Assembly: GCA_034420195.1 (NCBI GenBank)
Contig: DAOULO010000050.1
Coordinates: 1 to 54,652 of the forward strand
Source of the DNA: Dehalococcoidales bacterium
GTDB lineage: Bacteria; Chloroflexota; Dehalococcoidia; Dehalococcoidales; RBG-16-60-22
Direction: 5' to 3'
Length of the DNA: 54,652 nucleotides
The notes beneath the pieces were generated by a model that searched no databases, had not been told where the DNA came from, and saw only the letters and a program-made list of their open reading frames with translations. Position numbers and translations under genes: made by a program. Shown piece after piece: positions 8,829 through 17,588 of the stretch (positions are counted from its first letter, which is position 1; each line of letters opens with the position of its first letter).

Positions 8829-9050
8829 TTAATATTCGATAATGGCAATCACCTCGCCGGGCTTGACCACCTGGTCGACCTTGACGTTTATCTCGGTCAC
8901 GGTGCCGTCCACCGGGGCCAGCAGGGGGTTTTCCATCTTCATGGACTCCAGGATGCAGATGACATCGCCTTCCTTGACGGTGTCGCCCACCTTCACGTCG
9001 ATGCTGAGAACCTTTCCGGTGATGGGAACTTCAACCTTTTCCTGTGCCAA
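8829..9050 (-). CDS. Biotin carboxyl carrier (biotinyl/lipoyl attachment domain) subunit
   Basis: 73 aa. The biotinylation motif is in ...ICILESMKMENPLLAP (xMKM), and the fold pattern is V..G..V..GD.L..IE. Confidence 0.85.
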   Translation of the reverse strand: MAQEKVEVPITGKVLSIDVKVGDTVKEGDVICILESMKMENPLLAPVDGTVTEINVKVDQVVKPGEVIAIIEY

Positions 9051-9087
9051 ATTTTAAAGCTCCTTTCTGGTTACCGCCAAGTTCCTA

Positions 9088-9129
9088 ATTTAAAAGGGCG
9101 GTGGGCTCAACTCGCTGAACTCACCGCCC
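9088..9129 (-). terminator. Intrinsic terminator downstream of clpC
   Basis: On the minus strand, GGGCGGTG..loop..CACCGCCC (8-bp GC stem, 9096-9103 / 9122-9129) is followed by TTTTAAATT. Confidence 0.5.
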
Positions 9130-9165
9130 CATTATACCGGAGTCGGTTATATAAGTCACGCCGGA

Positions 9166-11634
9166 CTATTTCTTTTTGGCACCCACGGCGCCGACGGGCT
9201 CGGCGTGGATAACGACTTCCTCGCCCTTGAGGTCGACGACGATGGTATCGCCGGCCTGGAACTTGCTGCTCAGCAGGTCTTCGGAGAGGCGGTCTTCAAT
9301 CGTGTTCTGGATGACGCGCCTAAGCGGCCGGGCGCCGTATTCCTCGTTGTAACCCTTCTCGCCGAGGAAGTCCTTGGCGGCGTCGGTCACTTTGAGGGAG
9401 ATGCCCTTCTCGATGAGCTGCTTGGAGACGTTGGCCAGCATCAGGTCGACGATGGCGCGTATCTGCTCCTTGTCCAGCGAGCGGAAGACCACCTGGTCGT
9501 CAACGCGGTTGAGGAACTCCGGCTTGAAGCGCTTTTTCAGCTCGCCGAGGAGGTTTTCTTTCATCCGCTCGTAGCTCTGCTCCCGCGTCTTGGCCTCGTC
9601 GCTGCGCGAGGTGAAGCCAATGCTGGCGCCCTTGCGGATGAGCTCGGCGCCGATGTTGGAGGTCATGATAATCACGCTGTTGCGGAAGTCCACGCGGCGG
9701 CCCTTGGCGTCGGTGAGGTGGCCGTCGTCGAATATCTGCAAAAGTAAATTAAAGACGTCCTCGTGCGCCTTCTCGATTTCATCCAGCAGGATGCAGCAGT
9801 AGGGCTTGCGGCGCACCGCCTCGGTAAGCTGGCCGCCCTCGTCGTAGCCGACGTAGCCGGGCGGCGCCCCCACCAGGCGGGAGACGGCAAACTTCTCCAT
9901 GAACTCGGACATGTCGATGCGTATCAGGCTGTCCTCGCTGCCGAACATGAACTCGGCCAGGGTGCGGGCCAGCTCCGTCTTGCCGACGCCGGTGGGCCCC
10001 AGGAAGATGAAATTGCCGATGGGGTGGCGCGGGTCTTTGAGGCCGGCCCGGGCGCGGCGGATGGCCTTGGAGATGGTGGTAATGGCCTCGTCCTGCCCCA
10101 CGATGCGCTTGTGCAGCTCCTCTTCCATGTTGAGCAGGCGGCTCATCTCGTCGCCAGCCAGCTGCACCACGGGGACGCCAATCCACATGCTGACCACCTC
10201 GGCGATGTCCTCGGCGGTCACCTCCGGCTGGTCCTGCTCCTGCTCGTTCTTCCACTCCGCCTCAAGCTGCTTGATTTTCTCGTCTATCTGCGTTTCCCGC
10301 TCGCGCAGCTCCGAGGCATAGTCGTAGTCCTGGGTGTTCAGGGCCGCCTCTTTGTCCTTGCGGATGTTATCGCCCAGCTGCTTGGCCTCTTTGAGGGTAA
10401 TGGGCATGGTGCGGTGCTTGATGCGCACCCGCGACGACGCCTCGTCGACGAGGTCGATGGCCTTATCCGGCAGGAAGCGGTCGGGGATGTAGCGCGAGGC
10501 CAGATTGGCGGCGGCGTTGAGGGCCTCGTCGCTGATGGTTAAATGGTGGTGCTCCTCGTAGCGCTCGCGGATACCGCGCAGGATGTCCAGCGTGGCGTCC
10601 ACGGAAGGCTCTTCCACCAGCACCGGCTGGAAGCGCCGCTCCAGGGCGGCGTCGCGCTCCACGTACTTGCGGAAGTCGTCCAGGGTGGTGGCGCCGATGC
10701 ACTGTATCTCGCCCCGCCCCAGGGAAGGCTTTAAAATATTGGCGGCGTCCACGGCGCCCTCGGCGGCGCCGGCCCCCACCATGGTGTGAAACTCGTCGAT
10801 GAAGAGCACGCAGTTACCGGCCGTCTTAATTTCCTCGATGATTTTCTTGAGGCGCTCCTCGAACTCACCGCGGTACTTCGTCCCCGCCACCAGCGAGCCC
10901 ATGTCCAGGGCGATGAGGCGGCGGTCTTCCAGCGTCTCGGGGACGTCGCCGGCCACGATGCGGTGGGCCAGCCCCTCGACGATGGCCGTCTTGCCCACGC
11001 CCGGCTCGCCGATGAGGGCGGGGTTGTTCTTGGTGCGGCGCGATAAAATCTGTATCAGCCGCTCGATTTCCTTGTGCCGCCCGATGACCGGGTCGAGCTT
11101 GCCGGCGCGGGCGGCCGCGGTTAAATCAATACCCAGCTGGTCGAGGGCCGGGGTGCGTGAGGTGGAGCGGGTCAGCCTGGCCTTGGGCGTGCCCTGGGTG
11201 AGGATGTGGGCCGTCTCGGCGCGGGCGCGGTCCAGGGTGATGCCGAAGCTGTCCAGCACGCTGGAGGCCACGCCTTCGCCCTCGCGGAGGAGCCCCAGCA
11301 GCAGGTGCTCGGTGCCGATGTAGTTGTGGCCCATCTGGCGGGCCTCGTCGATGGCCAGCTCGATGACCTTCTTGGCGCGGGGGGTCAGGCCGGTCTCGCC
11401 GCTGCCGGGCTTCTCGCCCCGGCCGATGATGAACTCCACGGCGGAGCGCACCTTACCCAGACCGATGCCCAGGTTGGTGAGCACCTTGGCGGCCACGCCT
11501 TCCTCCTCGCGTACCAGCCCGAGCAGGATGTGCTCGGTGCCGATGTAGTTATGGTTGAGGTTGCGCGCCTCTTCCTGCGCGATGGTGAGGACGCGGCGGG
11601 CCCTTTCCGAGAATTTTTCAAATCTGCTGGCCAT
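9166..11634 (-). CDS. clpC: ATP-dependent Clp protease ATP-binding subunit ClpC
   Basis: 822 aa. It has two Clp_N repeats ([12 protein letters not shown] / [12 protein letters not shown]), two AAA modules ([16 protein letters not shown]) and a UVR-like linker between them. Confidence 0.95.
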   Translation of the reverse strand: MASRFEKFSERARRVLTIAQEEARNLNHNYIGTEHILLGLVREEEGVAAKVLTNLGIGLGKVRSAVEFIIGRGEKPGSGETGLTPRAKKVIELAIDEARQMGHNYIGTEHLLLGLLREGEGVASSVLDSFGITLDRARAETAHILTQGTPKARLTRSTSRTPALDQLGIDLTAAARAGKLDPVIGRHKEIERLIQILSRRTKNNPALIGEPGVGKTAIVEGLAHRIVAGDVPETLEDRRLIALDMGSLVAGTKYRGEFEERLKKIIEEIKTAGNCVLFIDEFHTMVGAGAAEGAVDAANILKPSLGRGEIQCIGATTLDDFRKYVERDAALERRFQPVLVEEPSVDATLDILRGIRERYEEHHHLTISDEALNAAANLASRYIPDRFLPDKAIDLVDEASSRVRIKHRTMPITLKEAKQLGDNIRKDKEAALNTQDYDYASELRERETQIDEKIKQLEAEWKNEQEQDQPEVTAEDIAEVVSMWIGVPVVQLAGDEMSRLLNMEEELHKRIVGQDEAITTISKAIRRARAGLKDPRHPIGNFIFLGPTGVGKTELARTLAEFMFGSEDSLIRIDMSEFMEKFAVSRLVGAPPGYVGYDEGGQLTEAVRRKPYCCILLDEIEKAHEDVFNLLLQIFDDGHLTDAKGRRVDFRNSVIIMTSNIGAELIRKGASIGFTSRSDEAKTREQSYERMKENLLGELKKRFKPEFLNRVDDQVVFRSLDKEQIRAIVDLMLANVSKQLIEKGISLKVTDAAKDFLGEKGYNEEYGARPLRRVIQNTIEDRLSEDLLSSKFQAGDTIVVDLKGEEVVIHAEPVGAVGAKKK

Positions 11635-11687
11635 GTCTTTGTCCTGGTGCGGCGTAAGCCGGGGGCAGTACCCCCTCTATTCCTAAT

Positions 11688-11715
11688 ATTATAATAAAGG
11701 ATTTTGTAAAAGCAA
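11688..11715 (-). promoter_or_regulatory. Candidate sigma-70-type promoter of clpC
   Basis: On the minus strand, TTGCTT (11715-11710), a 16-nt spacer and TATAAT (11693-11688), about 50 nt upstream of the clpC ATG. Confidence 0.4.
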
Positions 11716-11775
11716 GCATGAGGAGTCTAGTTGATATTGATTATTGGGGAGAAGCCGCCGGCTGAAATTGAAAAA

Positions 11776-11900
11776 GCCTCCTGGCAGTGGCATATTTTCC
11801 ACAAAGGGTTACCCCCTCAGTATCGTCTGCGCTGGGGCGTTTCACTTCCGTGTTCGGGATGGGAACGGGTGGGGCCACCCCGCTCTAACCACCAGGAGGC
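11776..11900 (-). rRNA. rrf: 5S ribosomal RNA (orphan; no 16S/23S nearby)
   Basis: The reverse complement reads GCCTCCTGGTGGTTAGAGCGGGGTGGCCCCACCCGTTCCCATCCCGAACACGGAAGTGAAACGCCCCAGCGCAGACGATACTGAGGGGGTAACCC...CCACTGCCAGGAGGC. This includes the universal CCGAACACGGAAGT loop and a closing helix I (CCTCCTGG / CCAGGAGG). A T5 run follows the 3' end. Confidence 0.85.
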
Positions 11901-12066
11901 TCTTCTCCGGGCTTAAGCTATGCAGTTGTTAAAGCTCTGTTTCCAAGTTATATTCTAGCATAATATCCGCCGCAAAGAAAGGGCTAAAACTTGTATTTTC
12001 TTCCGGGGGTTAGCCCGGTTTGCCCGCCCGATGGGTAAATGGAGCGGGGGCCAATACAAAACGCCC

Positions 12067-12095
12067 TTGACATCCCCCAAGACAAGTGCTAGTTT
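12067..12095 (+). promoter_or_regulatory. Candidate promoter of remA-gmk
   Basis: TTGACA (12067-12072), a 17-nt spacer and TAGTTT (12090-12095). GAGGTGA precedes the remA ATG. Confidence 0.35.
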
Positions 12096-12136
12096 AGGGG
12101 AGGACTTTTCCCAGAATCATACCGCGAGGTGATAAT

Positions 12137-12430
12137 ATGGCTATAGATCTGGTGCACATCGGGTTTGGTAACATTCTGGCGATGAACCGGGCTATCGCCA
12201 TCGCCTCGCCGAATTCGGCCCCCACCAAGCGCGTCATCCACGATGGTAAGAACAACGGCAAGGTTGTCGATATGACCAGCGGGCGGCGTACCAAGGCGGT
12301 CATCTTCACCGATAGCGGTCACATCATCTTGGCGGCCCTGGCCCCGGAGACTATCGCCAGCCGCCTGCATACCGGCCGCCCCGCGGCGATGCTCAAGTCG
12401 GACCTGAGCGAAGGCGCCGATGAGCCGTGA
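12137..12430 (+). CDS. remA: RemA/DUF370 family regulatory protein
   Basis: 97 aa. The sequence ...LVHIGFGNILAMNRAIAIASPNSAPTKRVI...GKVVDMTSGRRTKAVIFTDSGHIIL matches RemA (YlzA). It lies directly upstream of gmk and overlaps it, the conserved remA-gmk arrangement. Confidence 0.85.
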   Translation: MAIDLVHIGFGNILAMNRAIAIASPNSAPTKRVIHDGKNNGKVVDMTSGRRTKAVIFTDSGHIILAALAPETIASRLHTGRPAAMLKSDLSEGADEP

Positions 12431-13046
12431 GAAGCACCATCCCCTCCGCCCGCCCGCCCGGCCCCTGCTCTTCGTCCTCTCCGGCCTCTCCGGCGCCGGT
12501 AAGGACGTAATACTCAACGGGCTGCGGGAGTCCGGCTTTCCTATCGAATTCATCGTCACCAATACCACACGGGCGCGCCGCCCCGGCGAGAAGGACGGCG
12601 AGCACTATAACTTTGTCTCCCCCGAAGAGTTCCAGGCAATGCGCGAGTCCGACCGGCTGCTGGAGTGCGCCCAGGTCTACGGCCACTGGTATGGCGTGCC
12701 CCGCCAGGCGGTGCAGCAGGCCCTGGCCGGGGGGAAGGACGCCATCGTCAAGATTGACGTGCAGGGGGCGGCCACCATCAAGCGCAAGGTGCCGCTGGCG
12801 GTGCTCATTTTCCTGGCGCCGCCCTCGCTGGAAGACCTGGCCGAGCGGCTCAAGGCCCGCCGCACCGAGGCCCCGGCCGACCTGGAGCTGCGGCTGGCGA
12901 CGGCGAAGGGGGAGCTGGACAAGCTGCCCCTGTTTGATTACATGGTGATTAACCGCCGTGGCGAGGCCGAGCGCGCCGTGGCCGAGGTGAAGGCCATTAT
13001 CACCGCCGAAAAATGCCGCGTCAGCCCGCGGGAGATTACACTTTAG
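12420..13046 (+). CDS. gmk: Guanylate kinase
   Basis: 208 aa. It has the P-loop GLSGAGKDV, the motif TTRARRPGEKDGEHYNFVS and YGHWYGVP. Confidence 0.93.
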   Translation: MSREKHHPLRPPARPLLFVLSGLSGAGKDVILNGLRESGFPIEFIVTNTTRARRPGEKDGEHYNFVSPEEFQAMRESDRLLECAQVYGHWYGVPRQAVQQALAGGKDAIVKIDVQGAATIKRKVPLAVLIFLAPPSLEDLAERLKARRTEAPADLELRLATAKGELDKLPLFDYMVINRRGEAERAVAEVKAIITAEKCRVSPREITL

Positions 13047-13051
13047 AGATT

Positions 13052-13307
13052 GCCCCTCCCCACCGCCCCATTGGAGTTATCTATTCCCACCCTGGCCCGC
13101 TTACGCTAAAGCTTCAGCGGGCAGGCCGCCCTCGGCACGCCAACTGCTTAGCCCGTGGTTTTTCCTTCCCCTTTACCCCCTGGTGGTGTGGGGTAAAATC
13201 ATGGAGATAAGCCAGAAATGCCCCGGGGTGGCCCGCCTCCCGAAGCCTCGTGCGGAGGGCAGGGTTGGGTGGGAAAGTAAATCATCGGGTGGGGTGAGGT
13301 GGGAGGA
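13052..13307. repeat. Composite BIME/MITE-like element (family-A unit plus an inverted diverged unit)
   Basis: The left end is CCCCTCCCCACCGCCCCA..TTATCTATTCCCACCC. The right end is GGGTGGGAAAGTAA..GGGTGGGGTGAGGTGGGAGG, its inverted copy. The whole element is the reverse complement, apart from one indel, of the element at 34069-34291. Confidence 0.8.
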
Positions 13308-13330
13308 GTAGCCCCCTCTGCATCAGGCCT

Positions 13331-14350
13331 TTAGAGCACTGCGTGCAGCAGCCAGGAGAAGAAATACCCCAGCAGCCCGCAGATGGGGAAGGTAAGTATC
13401 CAGGCCGCCACGATGCTGCCGGCCACCCCCCAGCGCACCGCCGAAAAACGCTCGGTGGCCCCCACCCCCATGGTTGACGCGCTGATGAGGTGGGTGGTGC
13501 TCACCGGGATACCGAAATGGGAGGCCACTTCGATAACCGTGGCGGCGGCGGCCTGAGTGGCGAACCCCTGAGTTGGTCGGAGCCTGGTTACTCTCATACC
13601 CATCGTCTTGATAACCCGCCAGCCCCCCAGGGCGGTGCCGGTGCTGATGGCCAGCGCCGGTACGACGATTATCCACCACGTTTCCGGGGATAAGAATGAG
13701 AGCCGGTCCCACAGGCCGGGGTCGCTGTTAAAGACCACCATCGCCATGGTGATAACGCCTATCGGCATCTGGCCATCGTTCTTACCGTGACTGTAGGCCA
13801 TAAAGGCGGTGGTGAGGTATTGCCCCCGGCTGAAGTTCCGGCGCATCCTTTCCGGGGGAGTCCGCCGGAACACCCAGTACAGCAGAATCATGGCCGCAAA
13901 ACCACCGGCGAAGCCGAGTGCCGGCGCGATGATTACCGCCGCCAGAATCTGCCCCATAACACCCCAGACTACGGCCCCGCTCCCGGCCACCGCCATCCCG
14001 GCGGCGGCCAGCCCGGCGATGAAGCCGTGGTGCAGGCTTATGGGCAGGCCCATGTAAGTGGCCAGCGTTCCCCAGATGATAATGGCGATTAAGGCCGCGA
14101 TTACGGTAGGGAAAGATATGGCATCCGCCACCAGAATGCCCTTGCCGATGGTATGGGCTACCGCCGTGCCGGTGCAGGCCCCGGCCATATTGGCCACGGC
14201 GGCGATAATAATGGCGTCCCGGGGTGATATTGAGCGGGCGCCGATGGCCGGGGCGATGGCGTTAGCGGCATCGTTGAAGCCGTTGACGATGGCGAAGCCT
14301 ACGGATAAAAGAACAATCAGGATAAACAGCGGCAGTGAAGTATCAGGCAT
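13331..14350 (-). CDS. Inorganic phosphate transporter, PiT (PHO4) family
   Basis: 339 aa and polytopic, with the duplicated signature GFNDAANAIA ... HGKNDGQ. Confidence 0.92.
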   Translation of the reverse strand: MPDTSLPLFILIVLLSVGFAIVNGFNDAANAIAPAIGARSISPRDAIIIAAVANMAGACTGTAVAHTIGKGILVADAISFPTVIAALIAIIIWGTLATYMGLPISLHHGFIAGLAAAGMAVAGSGAVVWGVMGQILAAVIIAPALGFAGGFAAMILLYWVFRRTPPERMRRNFSRGQYLTTAFMAYSHGKNDGQMPIGVITMAMVVFNSDPGLWDRLSFLSPETWWIIVVPALAISTGTALGGWRVIKTMGMRVTRLRPTQGFATQAAAATVIEVASHFGIPVSTTHLISASTMGVGATERFSAVRWGVAGSIVAAWILTFPICGLLGYFFSWLLHAVL

Positions 14351-14972
14351 GCTTGAGGGCTACCCCTTCGAGGACGTTGGCCACGTCTTCGCAGCGGTCG
14401 GTGGCGCTTTCCATGTGCTCGTAAATCTCGCGCCACTTGATGAGCTTGGCGATGTCCTTGGTGTTGTCGAAGAGCTCGGCGATGGCGGCGCGGTAGACGC
14501 GGTCGGCCATGTTCTCCAGGCGGTTGATTTCCACGCATCTCTCCATAATCTGCTTCAGCTCCGACCGCCGCCGCAGGCCGGAGACGGCCATATGCACCTC
14601 GGCGACCCCCCGGATGATGATGTCGGCCAGTTCCTTGGCCCTTTCGGTGGGCTTTTCAACCTTGTAGATGAACATGGCGTCGGCGGAGGCGTGGATGAAG
14701 TCGATGATGTCGTCCAGGGTGTGGGCCAGCAGGGCGATGTCCTCCCGGTCGAAGGGGGTGACGAAGGTGCGATGCAGCATCGATATAATCTGGTGGGTGA
14801 TGGTGTCGCCGCGGTGCTCCAGCTCGGTGATTTCCGCCACGCGGCTGTCGAGGAACTGCCAGGAATCAATCATCTCCTTGAGCGCCTCGGCGGCCCGGAG
14901 CGAGTTGGCGGCGCTCTCCTCGAAGAGGTCAAAGAATTTTTGCTCCTTGGGGATAAAGGGCAACCTCACCAT
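14343..14972 (-). CDS. DUF47/TIGR00153 family protein (PhoU-like partner of PiT)
   Basis: 209 aa. The sequence ...IPKEQKFFDLFEESAAN...LEHRGD.ITHQII..L...F.TPFDREDI... is the family pattern. It overlaps the downstream PiT gene by 8 nt. Confidence 0.88.
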   Translation of the reverse strand: MVRLPFIPKEQKFFDLFEESAANSLRAAEALKEMIDSWQFLDSRVAEITELEHRGDTITHQIISMLHRTFVTPFDREDIALLAHTLDDIIDFIHASADAMFIYKVEKPTERAKELADIIIRGVAEVHMAVSGLRRRSELKQIMERCVEINRLENMADRVYRAAIAELFDNTKDIAKLIKWREIYEHMESATDRCEDVANVLEGVALKHA

Positions 14973-14984
14973 GGCTATCTCTCC

Positions 14985-16367
14985 TTAGCTTTCGGTATCG
15001 TCCGGCTTGTCCGCCTCGTCCGGCGCCTCTTTTATCTGCCGGCGGGCCTTCATCTGGTCGAGCACCTGCCGCTCGTAGCCCAGCTTGCCGGGCATGTAGA
15101 AGCGTTTGCCCTTGAGGGCGTCGGGCAGGTGCTGCTGCTCCACAAAATGGTCGGGGTAGTCGTGGGCGTATTTATAGCCTTCCCCGACGCCCATCTCCCG
15201 GTCCAGCTTGGTGACGGGGTTGCGCAGGTGGTTGGGCACCGTTTCGCTGGCGCCGCCCTTGATTTGCTCGCGCACGCGGTTATAGGCCACGTAGAGGGAG
15301 TTGCTCTTGGAGGCGGTGGCCAGGTAAACGGCCGCCTCGGCCAGGGCCAGGTTGCCCTCCGGCATGCCGATAAAGTGCACCGCCTGCTGGGCGGCCATGG
15401 CGATGACCAGCGCCTGGGGGTCGGCCATGCCCACGTCTTCTGAGGCGAAGCGCACCAGACGGCGGGCGATGTAGAGGGGGTCTTCGCCTGCCTCCAGCAT
15501 CATCGTCAGCCAGTAGATGGTGGCGTCCGGGTCGGAGTCGCGCATCGATTTGTGCAGCGCCGAGATGAGGCCGTAGTGCTGGTCGCCGGCCTTGTCGTAG
15601 GCAATCGCCCGTCGTTGCAGGACATCCTCGATGGTGGGCAGGGTGACCAGGCGCCGCCCCTCTTCGTCGGGGGTGGTGCTCAGGGCCGCCGTCTCCAGCG
15701 TGTTGAGGGCGACGCGGGCGTCCTGGTTGGCCCCGGCGATGAGGTGGTTCATAGCGTCCGGGGCCAGCTCGGCGTTGAGCGCGCCGATGCCCTGGAACTT
15801 GTCCTTGAGCGCCCGCAGGATGAGCGTCTGTATCTCCTCGCCGGTGAGAGGCTTGAGGGGGAGAACGCGGGTGCGCGAGAGCAGCGGCGAGGTGACCTCA
15901 AAGGAGGGGTTTTCCGTGGTGGCCCCGATGAGGGTGACGGTGCCGTCCTCGACGTAGGGCAGGACGGCGTCCTGCTGGGTCTTGTTGAAGCGGTGAATCT
16001 CGTCGATGAAGAGGATGGTCTTCTGGAGGCGTGCCTGGCGCCGCTCGGCCGCCTGCTGGACGATGCGGCGCAGGTCGCTGACGGAGGCGCTGACGGCGCT
16101 GACCGGGGCGAAGTGGGCGCCGGTGGTGTTGGCGATGATATAGGCCAGGGTGGTCTTGCCGCAGCCGGGCGGGCCCCAGAGAATCACCGAGGGGATGCGG
16201 TCGCTCTCAATGGCGCGGCGCAGCACGCGCCCCTTGCCGATGATGTGCTCCTGCCCCACGAAGGTATGCAGGCTGTTGGGGCGCATGCGGGTGGCCAAAG
16301 GGGCGTTGAGGGCCGATTCCTGGCCTTCCCCTTTACTTTCCGGCTGGGCGAACATGTCCATGCTCAT
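14985..16367 (-). CDS. rarA: Replication-associated recombination protein A (AAA ATPase RarA/MgsA)
   Basis: 460 aa. It has the Walker A motif LWGPPGCGKTT, Walker B LFIDEIHRFNK, and the MgsA C-terminal block DQHYGLISALHKSMRDSDPDA.IYWL. Confidence 0.93.
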   Translation of the reverse strand: MSMDMFAQPESKGEGQESALNAPLATRMRPNSLHTFVGQEHIIGKGRVLRRAIESDRIPSVILWGPPGCGKTTLAYIIANTTGAHFAPVSAVSASVSDLRRIVQQAAERRQARLQKTILFIDEIHRFNKTQQDAVLPYVEDGTVTLIGATTENPSFEVTSPLLSRTRVLPLKPLTGEEIQTLILRALKDKFQGIGALNAELAPDAMNHLIAGANQDARVALNTLETAALSTTPDEEGRRLVTLPTIEDVLQRRAIAYDKAGDQHYGLISALHKSMRDSDPDATIYWLTMMLEAGEDPLYIARRLVRFASEDVGMADPQALVIAMAAQQAVHFIGMPEGNLALAEAAVYLATASKSNSLYVAYNRVREQIKGGASETVPNHLRNPVTKLDREMGVGEGYKYAHDYPDHFVEQQHLPDALKGKRFYMPGKLGYERQVLDQMKARRQIKEAPDEADKPDDTES

Positions 16368-16447
16368 GGCTCTTACCTGCTCCGGGGTTTTTGGCCCCTT
16401 ATCAATTTACCCTATATCGGTATATTTATCCAGCTTTTTGTTAAGAA

Positions 16448-16522
16448 CCCCATCACCTCCCCCTCGGTGTTATCTATTCCCACCCGGCCGCCTTCTAGCG
16501 GCGGCGCCTTCGGGGCGGAGGG
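16448..16522 (+). repeat. Family-A REP/BIME-like unit (solo, 3' half diverged)
   Basis: CCCCATCACCTCCCCCTC..GTTATCTATTCCCACCCGGCCGCC... It contains the stop codon and the last roughly 10 codons of the 16495-17466 ORF. Confidence 0.65.
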
Positions 16523-17466
16523 GAATACCGTCTTTTTGATGGCAGCCTGCTGTCGCTGGCCCGCTTTTCGATATTGCCCATTTTCTCGTCCGTATCCTTT
16601 ATCTCTCCGGGGGCTTCTACCGCCCCGGCATCTTTCCCGATTTTCTCGATGGTCTTGATGGCTTCGGCGCCGGTCAGCCTTTTCTTTCTGGCCAGCCGCT
16701 TGGCTAGGGCGATACACTGCTGGCGGGTTGCTCCTTGGCGGAAAAGCCGGTCGCTCAAGCCATCCCGCTTCCCGTACAGCCAGGCGGCCACGGTTCTGGG
16801 CTCCAAACTCCGGGACGACAGGAGGTATCCGTCCCAGCCGGTCTGGCGGATAAACCGGTCTCGGAGTTCCGTGATGAACCCGGCGGTAAGCTGTTTCTCC
16901 TTAAATTGTTTTCGGCTCTCGCCGGCGAGATAGGATTGGAGCGGCTCCGGGTACTGGCTCACCGGGTCGGTCGGTTGCGGTATCAGTACGTCGATAAGGC
17001 AGGCCATTACCCCCTGGGTGTTTTTGCCAGATAACCCTATTATTTTGCAGATATCCCCTACGTCTTCACTCGCCCTGGCCACAAATGCCCCCAGGCCGGC
17101 GCGCCTCTCGTACTTTTCGGTCTTCAGGTATGGGGCCAGGGTTTCTTCGGCAACCCATCCGGCCAGTAAGACATCGGCAATCTTGCCGATTTCGATGGCG
17201 AGGTTCCGGGTCGCTTCGTCGGCGGAGTCCTTTATTTTCTCATCGAGGCTGAGGTCGGGGAAGGCCCGGTTGTTAATCAGGTCCAGATTGATGATGTCTG
17301 CCCTCGATTCCCGCAGGATGGCCCTGGCTCCGGCCGACAATTCCGGGAGGGCAATCTCGGTGCTGCCTTTTTCTTTCTCGATGTAGACCTCTTTGATTTC
17401 AAAGCCATGAGCCGCGGCCATGACGGCGTGACCGGCTTCGTGAACGGCGATGGTGTCCAGTTTCAT
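16495..17466 (-). CDS. Stand-alone FtsH/M41-like zinc metallopeptidase-domain protein with an uncharacterised C-terminal half
   Basis: 323 aa. The N-terminus MKLDTIAVHEAGHAVMAAAHG carries the HEAGH zinc site in the FtsH-type context. LLAGWVAEETL downstream resembles the FtsH LLGGRAAEE helix. There is no AAA module and no TM helix. The ATG follows GAGGAGAAAGGGAA. By eye, GC is lower than in the flanking genes. The C-terminal tail runs into a repeat unit. Confidence 0.55.
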   Translation of the reverse strand: MKLDTIAVHEAGHAVMAAAHGFEIKEVYIEKEKGSTEIALPELSAGARAILRESRADIINLDLINNRAFPDLSLDEKIKDSADEATRNLAIEIGKIADVLLAGWVAEETLAPYLKTEKYERRAGLGAFVARASEDVGDICKIIGLSGKNTQGVMACLIDVLIPQPTDPVSQYPEPLQSYLAGESRKQFKEKQLTAGFITELRDRFIRQTGWDGYLLSSRSLEPRTVAAWLYGKRDGLSDRLFRQGATRQQCIALAKRLARKKRLTGAEAIKTIEKIGKDAGAVEAPGEIKDTDEKMGNIEKRASDSRLPSKRRYSPPPRRRRR

Positions 17467-17493
17467 TTCCCTTTCTCCTCAGCCTCCTTTTTT

Positions 17494-17576
17494 ACCTCAC
17501 CCCCTGTGTCCCCCTCTCCTGGCGAGGCGTGCCGCAGGAGAGGGGGAGGTTTAGGGAGAGGGGCTGCGCCCCTCTT
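17494..17576 (-). repeat. Family-D double-hairpin repeat (copy 3, inverted)
   Basis: ACCTCACCCCCTGTG-TCCCCCTCTCC..GGAGAGGGGGA..GAGAGGGGCTGCGCCCCTCTT is the reverse complement of the arrangement at 7270-7374. It lies between the HEPN-like gene stop and the peptidase gene RBS. Confidence 0.8.
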
Positions 17577-17588
17577 AGATGTCCTGCT

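Noticed and set aside
11901-12136. A 23S/16S rRNA remnant or tRNA next to the 5S gene
   Set aside because: The flanks are AT-rich promoter-like sequence with no conserved rRNA helices and no tRNA cloverleaf (no GTTCRANYC T-loop with a matching acceptor stem) that I could detect by eye.
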